From the NCBI RefSeq assembly GCF_009914755.1, contig NC_060926.1: 64,000 nt of DNA, one strand, 5' to 3'. Below the pieces are notes generated by a model that made no database searches, was not told the origin of the DNA, and saw only the letters and a program-made list of their open reading frames with translations. Origin of the DNA: the human T2T-CHM13v2.0 reference genome, Homo sapiens. Position numbers and translations under genes: made by a program. Below are positions 55,196 through 64,000 of this stretch, piece after piece (the stretch's first letter is position 1; every line of letters begins with the position of its first letter).

Positions 55196-58100
55196 TTAAT
55201 AGCTCAAAGGACTTGAAGGCACTCTTTTATATATGTATTTATTGATTTTTCCAGAAGATGAAAATAGATCATTTGTCTCTAATCACATGCAGTGCCAAAA
55301 GCCACCAGGTTTCTTGGGGTTTGTGTCACTGAATCCACATAACCCAATGTGCTTTCTGACCATCGTCATTCCTGCTCATGGTTCCTGGGGCTCCCGAGCA
55401 TCCCCTTAGTTACCAGACATAAATTCAATTATCCTCACCAAATGCCAGGAAAAGAGGATTGCATTTCACCAACCAGGAATGTCAGAAAAAGTTCATTCTC
55501 TCACTAGGATTTTCTTTCCTTTGGCTATATTAAGACACTGAGTTTTACTTAGAAAGCACTAAAGGTGAAGATATGGTCACAGGATGCTGTCAGTTCTATT
55601 GACACGACCCAGCAAAAATAATAATAATAATAATAAAAATGCTTGAAATGCAATACACATATGTGGACACAGAAATGCTAAGATGTGTTTCAGAACATGC
55701 AGTCTCTCCATGTTCAGAATTAACACCCTCAGTACATGCTTCTGTGCTTCTTTACCAGTGCCTACATCCATGCCATCCTGTTGTTATCCATGGATGAACA
55801 ACTCAGAATTTGGAGAAATGGATTTGGGGAAATCTCTGAGACACATTTTGAAACCAGCGAGGAATTAGGCTGCAAGCGGCAGCAGCAGTAACAGTGACAG
55901 CAGCAAGAAACAGCCACCTGCATCTCAAGAGTGGCACAGGGCTTCCACCGGCTGAGGCGGACACATGGCGGATGTGTAAGAAGCGTGCAGAAAGTGGTCA
56001 GTCGTGTGTGCACACACGAATACATGCTCAGTGTCAGGCCAAGGCCCTGTGGGCCTAAGGAAAACAATGTCACGTTTCAACATGATTTGGGAAACCCTAC
56101 TCTCCACTGAAATCTCATATTGGCAGCAGAAAACTCTGCCGATGCCTCAGAAGCCAAAGATAACTAAATTGTGTTTCTTTTAGTTCTTGCATAGGGGCAA
56201 GCCCACTTCACATTTCATGATACACCAACTCCTAGAGAGCTCCTTTGGGGCCCTATTTAATTTACTTAACTTTTGTTGGCAATGGAAAGTGGGCCTGCCA
56301 CATTTGATGACTAGAGCAGGTCCATCCCAGTCACCTGCCTTCCCAAAAGTGCATTGGAGAGTGGAACAGAAACCACAACCCACTGTCTCGGACAGGCGTC
56401 AGCATTGTAAAATACACTCTGGCACCCAGCCCTGGCAGAATAGTGGTCTACAGAGGCAAAACTTCAGATTTTTACTATACCCAAGGCATAATGAACTTTA
56501 TCGAGGGTAAATATTGCCCAGCCTTCTTTCATGTAGGAACCAAGAAAACTAGACCCAACAGTTTTGCCTTTCCTTCCTTCTCTGTACATGTTCTTCCTAG
56601 TTGTACTGGATTTTGCTAATATCATAAGCACAGCTGTGATACAGCCAGGTCTTTATGCATGGATTTTACTCTTTGAGCAGCTTGAAGACAATTCTGTCTC
56701 GCTCTCTCTGGGTTCTCACGAGCACAGACCTGTAACCATAATAAGCTCTCAATAAAGGTTGAATAGAGGCCACAGAGATCTTCAGGCCAGAAGTCAGAGG
56801 TCATTCCTTGAGGACATGTTAGTGACAGTGTCCTGTACAGTGGCTAGGCAGAGAAAGACTGCTGAGAACAGACAGACCTGGCTTTCATTAGTTAAGAGAT
56901 GGACAGAGGAAGGAGCTCCATCCACTCACAAAGACAGTGGCCTCCATATCCCGAGAGGGGAGTCAGGAGCATGACATGTTCTACACAACTACAGTCTTCA
57001 TCATAATCCCAAAGGCAGCCATAACCATGGGTAATTGGGATAATATTTAGAAAATATTTGCATGCCAAAACTGACATTTTTAGAGGCCATGGAGAAACAG
57101 GTTTCCAATGTCAAGTTTTGTTGAAAGAGGACACACATTATTCTAGATTCTGAAAGTTCCCTTCATCTTCAAAGAGCTAGGCCTTGCCAGTGTGACTGTG
57201 GAGTTTGCTATAAGCCTGAATAAAGAGAAGACAGAGGACATCAAGTTAGGGAAACCCCACCCAACAGGAAGGAGACACTCTTCTGGCCAAGAGGCAAGTT
57301 GGGGAGGGAGAGATGCAGAGAGAAGAGAAGATGAGAGAAGTTAAGGCTGAGCTAGTATCTGAGAATACCTCACATGTGCCCCACAGCCTGCCTCTTCCTC
57401 TGCTACACTGTGGCCAGAAAGGGGTCTCAGTGTTCTACGTGCCCCCAGACGGTGTAGCTGCGAGCCAGACTGCTGAGAGGTCACCTTTGCAGAGCCTAGA
57501 GACAGATGACAGACAAAGCTGAGATTTAGAGATCTTTGGGGCCAGGAAGATCTGAGCAGTGGAGGTCCCAAAGCACCAGGAGAGACAGCTAGACCTAGTG
57601 GCCCCAGAATTGGATGCTCAAAGACATGATCAGGCCAGGCCCAGCTCAATCAGCACCTGCTATGTCTCAAAGGCAGGATGAGTTCAGAGGCACCACTCCA
57701 CACTGTGAGAATCCATAATTGTTTCCCTCTTCCAGCTGCCAACCTGGGACATAGACGGTGAAGAGACATCCTTTGAGAAGGAAATCTTAATTTTTATTTA
57801 ACTGTGTATTTACCCAAAAGAAAGTGAGTTAGACCAAAAGAGTCTAAGTTGCTTTCAATGGGCAAGTTTAAGGTTCTCCCTCCTTCCTCTGCCATCAACA
57901 GGAAATGATGAGATCCATATAGAGAATATTTAAAAGGAAATAAATTATCATTTTCTGCCCCTCTGAGTTGCAGGGTGTAAATTCTTCCTCTGCTAGAAGC
58001 GTGTGCAATGTGGGAAGCCCAGCACACAGAAAGAGCTTAATTCATGCTGCTGATTTAATAGATTTTTTTTCATGGATGTGCCAGAAAGCCCCATTCATGT

Positions 58101-58595
58101 AAACACTACAATTGCAAAAGTTTATGCCAGACAGAAGCCTGCATTTGTTGGGGATTAAAAGAAAGGGCACTTGACTTTGTAGCCCAAAGACCCAGGTTTT
58201 CCAGGTGCAGTCCTGGCATTGAGTTGTCATGTCATCCCAGGCAAATCATGGACTTGTTCTGGGCCTCTGTTTCTTTCTTCAACATGAAGGAATTTGTTAA
58301 AGAAATTTCTAAAATTCTTCTGTTAATGAGTAATGACGATAATATCAGTAGTCACAAGCATTTACTGAGCACTGACTAGCTGCCAACCACGGTGTTGTTT
58401 GCTTTGTTTATATAACCCCATTCACTTTTAAAATCATCTTATGAGGGAAAGAAACCATTATCACCCACATAAGGTATGACTGCTTATATAGAAAATACCC
58501 AAAATCCATAAACAAATGATTAAGAACAATTAAATTTAGTGAAGATATAAAATTTACATACATCAAACAGCTAGAAAGTTTAATTAAAAGACAAT

Positions 58596-58954
<359 letters not shown>

Positions 58955-59128
58955 TAGTGGGGCACAGTGGCATGTGCCTATAGTCCCAGCTACTCAGGAG
59001 GGTGAGGTAGGAGGATCACTTGGACCTAGGAGTTCGAAGCTGCGGTGAGCTATGATCGTACCACTGCACTCCAGCCTGGATGACAAAATAAGACCCTTCC
59101 TCAAAAAATAAAATAAAATAAAATAAAA
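58955..59128 (+). mobile_element. FRAM (free right Alu monomer)
   Basis: Monomer ggcatgtgcctatagtcccagctac...gtgagctatgatcg...(AAAAT)n tail; degenerate TSD aaaa(c/t)atca(g/a)gt(a/c)tc. Confidence 0.8.
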
Positions 59129-59769
59129 TATCAAGTCTCCTAGAATAAACCTAACAATGGACACATTTTCAAGACCTCTAGAAGGAAAAGTGTAAAACTT
59201 TAAGAGATATTAAAAAGGGCTAAGTAATTGGAGAGAGATATTGTGTTCATGGATTATATAATTTAATAGTGTAATTTGATCTATATATTCAGTGCAATTC
59301 TTGTCAAATTCCTAATAATATTTTTAAAAATAGAACCTGAAAAAATGATTCTAAACTTACGTGAAAGCATAAAAGACCAAAAATAGGATGTTTCTGAAAA
59401 GGTAGTGATCAGGGGTTTCCCTTATTGATGTCTGGACTTTTATGAAGCTGGAGCAATTAAAACCCTGTAGTTTTGGTGCAGAGACAGAAAAACAGACCAT
59501 GGGGTATGAATAAGATCCCAGAAAAAGATGGATGCAAATAAAGAATGTTGGTTTATTACAGAGGATACAGGAGGTCAGTGAGGAGAGGAGGCTGATAAAC
59601 AAATGGAGGTGGAAAAAAGTAGTTATTCATATGGGAAAAAATGAACTTGAATATCTCCCTCAAACTACATCCGAAAAATAACCCTAGACAGATTCAGGAA
59701 TTAAATGTCAAAAAAGAAACTTTATAATTTATAGTAAAATACAGGTAACTATTTTCTACCTTGGAGTAG

Positions 59770-60128
59770 TGATATGGTTTGGCTCTGTGTCCCCACCCAA
59801 ATCTCATTTTGAATTGTAATTCCAAATGTTGGAGGTGAGGCCTGGTGGGAGGTGCTTGGATCATAGAGGTGGTTTCTAGTGGTTTGGCACCATCCCCCTA
59901 GTTCTGTATTTAAAGTGTGTAGTACCATCCCCTTCTCTCTCTCTCCTACTGGCCATATGCAGATATTCCTGCTTCCCCTTTGCCTTCCACCATAATTGTG
60001 TTTCCTGAGGCCTTCCCAGCCATGTTTCCTGTACAGCCTGCAGAACTGTGAGTCATTTAACCTCTTTTCTTTATAAATTACCCATTCTCAGGGAGTTCTT
60101 TATAGCAATGCAAGAATGGACTAATACA
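59770..60128 (+). mobile_element. MSTA-like solo LTR
   Basis: tgatatggtttggctctgtgtccccacccaaatctcat...cctgcagaactgtgagtc...ggactaataca. Confidence 0.88.
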
Positions 60129-60452
60129 CGCAGCTAAAGTTTTTCTTAAGCACTTAAATTGTTGACTATAAAATGATAAATTTAACTATGTCAAAATAAA
60201 GAACATTTGTTCACCAAGAGATACCTTTAAAAAGTAAAAAGACAAAGTAAAAACTGGGACAAGAGATTCATAATATCAACCACAAAGGTTTAGTACCAAG
60301 AATATATGTAGAACTGCTACAAATCAATTTTGTTAACAAAGCACAAATAACCAGTATAATAATGAGGAAAAAAAGCACCAATGGCATTTCACAGAAGAGG
60401 AAACATATATGCCCAATAAACTTATGAAAAGATTCAAAAAGAAAAGTGAAAA

Positions 60453-60716
60453 AAATTATGAATACCTAGTATATGATAGCACAAAAGGGTGACTATAGTC
60501 AAAATAATTTAACTGTACATTTAAAAATACCTAAAAGAGTATAATTGGATTGTTTATAACACAAAAGATAAATGCTTGAGGGGATGGATACCCCATTTCC
60601 CATGATGTGATTATTATGCATTGTGTGCCTATATCAAAACATCTCATGTACCCCATAAATATATGTACCTATTATGTACCCACAAAAACTAAAAATAAAA
60701 CAATTTGTTAAAGAAA
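60453..60716 (+). mobile_element. L1MA-type 3' end nested in older L1
   Basis: gggtgactatagtc...aaatgcttgaggggatggataccccattt...catctcatgtaccccataaatata; TSD aaaagtgaaaa at 60442-60452 and 60717-60727. Confidence 0.85.
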
Positions 60717-61569
60717 AAAAGTGAAAATTAAAATCACAATGAAATAACATGTTATACTCATTCAATTAGCAAAAAGTAGAAAGCCTAACACAATTAAGTG
60801 CTGGAGAGGATGAAGCCTGTGGCATTGTAGATTAGCACAGAGTCTTTAGAGAATGTTTTGGCATTGTCTCCTAAAGTTGAACTTTCACATGTTCTCTGAC
60901 ATGATTCTCCTTGAAGGTCCATACCCAAGAGAAACTCTTATACTTGTACAAAGGCTGACATGTACCAGTAGGACTATAACAGCCCTGTTCTAACTAGCAA
61001 AAGTCTGGACCCTCTCCTTTCCCAAGGACCCCTCAATGGGAGCATGGATGATTACACTATGGTTTATTTGTATACACTACTGTGCAGCAGTCAGAACAAA
61101 GAAATTACAATGACACACAATACTGTGAATGACTCTTAGCAATATAACATTAAATGGAAAAAAGTAAGTCCCTAAAAGTTTTATAAAGTTAAAAAACAAT
61201 TAAGATAAAAATATACCTACTTTCTAGAAATACATATGGAAGCATAAAACCAAATAAAATGGGAAGCAGGGGTATCAGGAACACAAGATTCATGATGGTG
61301 TAGACCTTAGAAGTGGGGAGAAGAGGTTAATAAGATACTGGGGACTAGCTGATAAGATGTAGGTTATTGTCCTAGACTTAGCTTTTGTTTGGTGGTAGAT
61401 TCATGGGTGCTCATTACAATATTGGAAATAACTAGTTACATAACTAAATAAATGACAAAGTCATGGATGGATCCGTGGTGGAAAGTACTGTGAACAAGGA
61501 TCAAGATTCATCTAATTTTTGAGCTCCAAGGAATTGGGGTTGTGGGGATCCTATGTCCTATGGAATAAA

Positions 61570-61680
61570 TGCTGTTATTATCAGCATGTTACAGGCAAGG
61601 GAACTGAGGATCAGGTTGGTGGAGCAACTTGCCCCAGGCCACACAGCTGGTGAATAGCAGAGCTGGGCATTGATTACACC
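61570..61680 (-). mobile_element. MIR fragment
   Basis: ttacaggcaagggaactgagg...caacttgccccaggccacacagctggtgaatagcagagctggg. Confidence 0.7.
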
Positions 61681-63371
61681 CACATAAACAGGTAGTCACG
61701 GGGCCACGTGTTTAGATCTGTTGACTAGAACATCCCGTGGTGTCCATAACAGGAGTTTCTCATTTTAAGCCTGAATCGTTTATTCCCACACCAACTCCTG
61801 AGGTTGTTCACATGCCATTATAACCTGAAGGTCTTGGAACCTTCCCATGATCTGATATTTCCCCCACCCCCGTGCACACACATGCACACACAGTCAAAGT
61901 ATTTTCTGGCACCTTTTCAAGTCATTTTCATATTCTTTTTGAGCAGTTTCATTTTCTAAACCTGTTACTTCAGAACTCATTCATACGGAACCTATGAAAG
62001 AAATTCTGCTCGGCATTGACTAAGCATATGAGTAAGTTTTTATTTTAATAGCACCATGTGGGAGGTTTCTTTATAAATGAATGGGGAGCAGAGGAGGGAA
62101 TGCTTGCAAACTTCCCACAGACAAGAGCTAAGCCTATAAAAGCATATGGTAACACAGAATCATTCTTTTCAGTTTCAGGGTAAGCTCTTTTGCAAGGTAA
62201 TATCATTTGCAAAAAACAAAAAGTCAACAAATAACCTTTTTGCCCTGCAGCGCTTAAAAATGACAACTGTTCAATGAATGGAAATTTGTGGGCCACATAC
62301 ACAGACAGCAAATTTGCCAGGATCCCATTCTGCCTAAAATGTATGTGTAATGGATTGCCCAGCTCAAAATTGAGGAGGCTGGCCTGAGTTTAAGCACCAT
62401 TATTTTGCATTGCTCCAAGCTGCTAAAATTCCAGATGCAGCTCAGTGGGGAGAAGTGATTTCACTTTCAGAGAGATTGGGCCATGATAGTGCGTATGACG
62501 GGCTGTATGTAGCATCACCCTCCAAAGGACGAGTCAGAGTCAGGAAACGTTAATCACGTGCCCGCTGTCCCCAGCTTGCACACTTAATCTCTTCACTGTC
62601 ACTGAGGTGGTCCCATCTCTGGAAGGCAGCACCCAGGAGAGCTGTAGCTAAGCACATGGTGCATGACAACATGGAACCACAAGGAAAGGCTGGGGTGTAA
62701 TGCTGGAGTTTGGTTAAGACCCTACCCCTCATCTAAATGAGGGCTCATTGTGCATTTTGTATCCTCAGAATGTGTCCCCTAGTTTTTAGTTCTCTTCCTC
62801 ATAAGCTAGCCCCCTGAGCCTCTCACGGCAATGGGGAGGGTCTGGATTCTGCCGGGCCCTCCTTCGGTTATGCCCAGCAAGCACCTGTAGTCAGTGTCTC
62901 CTGGTGGAGGGCCCACTCACCCAGCCATGCCACTTTGCAAAATCTTCAGTATCCATCTCTCTCTCTTGGACTCCCCCAGACACAGGGACACTAAGGTCCC
63001 ACATTCTCAGCTGATGGCCATTTCCCAGGCAGTGGTCTAATGAGCAGCGCTGTCCTAAGCCTCCTCAGGCAATTCCAGTTCCAAAGAATCTGCGTAGCCT
63101 CTTCCTGGGGACCTCTCCTCAGAATGGAGTGTCTCATCCCCACCCCTCTCTCCTCCTTTCTCCTTCAACCCCTGGCTGCCCCTTTCCTGTGGGCTTCTGC
63201 AGGTAGCCAGGCCAGGGACTGCACATGCTGAAGGCCACACTGGGGATAGAGGGCTGCCACCCTGTCCCACAGTCTCGTGGGAGCACCAAGTTGGGGTGGA
63301 CACACAGCCCAGAGCAGCCTCCCACGGGGGGATTTTCCACAGAAGCATTTACCCCCATTTGAATATCTCTA

Positions 63372-63743
63372 TGGTAATGGACTGGATGTTCATGTTCCCC
63401 ACCCCCTGTCCCTGCCAAATTTGCATGTTGAAGCTCTAACCCCCTATGTAATTACCTTTGGAGATCATTAGGTTTAAATGAGGTCAGGGGGGTGGGGTTC
63501 TCATGATGGATTAGTGCCCTTATAAGAAAAGGAAGGGATCAGAGCTCTCCCTGTCTCCACCATGTGTGGACACAGAGAGAAGGTGGCCATCTGCAAACCA
63601 GAAAGGGAGCCCTCACCAGACACCAGATCTGCTGCACCTTGATCTTGGACTTCCAGCCTCCAGAACTGTAAGAAATAAATGCCTATTGTTAAAGCCCCCC
63701 AGTCTATGGTATTTTATGAGAGCAAACACAATGGACTAAGACA
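63372..63743 (+). mobile_element. MLT1A0-like solo LTR
   Basis: ggattagtgcccttataaga...gagaaggtggccatctgcaaaccag...ccttgatcttggacttccagcctccagaactg...ggactaagaca. Confidence 0.88.
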
Positions 63744-64000
63744 CCTAGCACGCCCCCACCTCCCCATGGGAATGAGTCATATCACTCCTGAAGGACCGCT
63801 GTGAGTTCAGGCATATAGGGCAGAAAGACAGAGGCACACGCTGCCATTTGCCCATAGGTTGTTACTGCAAAGCAGCCCGGGGACAGCTGGAGGTGGTATG
63901 GAGGCTGGGCCACCTTGTATTGGATTGTCCACAGACCTTCTTGCTTTCTAAATAGATCTGATTTCCACAGCAGAACTCAGCCCCTCTTCCTTTATTTTTT

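Noticed and set aside
55870-55910. CAG-rich tract resembling a polyQ exon
   Set aside because: Short, interrupted, with an in-frame TAA and no supported exon.

Overview
Human (hominid) non-coding genomic DNA. No protein-coding gene, tRNA, rRNA or CRISPR array is supported. I recognise 10648-10809 (- strand) from memory as the first/major exon shared by the paralogous lncRNAs CYTOR (LINC00152, 2p11.2) and MIR4435-2HG (MORRBID, 2q13). The minus orientation favours MIR4435-2HG if this window is the reference + strand, but the sequence alone cannot separate the paralogs. Bases 1-10647 are then intronic and 10.8-64 kb is upstream. The rest is an interspersed-repeat mosaic (Alu, MIR, L1, L2, MaLR LTRs, hAT and Tc2 MITEs); subfamily names were assigned by eye and are approximate. 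Most unusual observations: (1) a 228-bp, ~98% identical copy of local sequence (23776-24003) pasted into an Alu 5.5 kb away (29253-29480), with a ~20-nt deletion, an 8-nt filler, no TSD, and an end coinciding with a splice donor; (2) an inverted pair of old MLT1-type LTR segments in the intron that look more alike than their age suggests; (3) a 5'-truncated AluYa5 with a perfect 16-bp TSD; (4) the lncRNA exon has a full splice acceptor, a tandem AP-1/ARE plus STAT promoter and an AUGA-coupled uORF/sORF pair. I did not find convincing evidence of a new multi-gene biological system.
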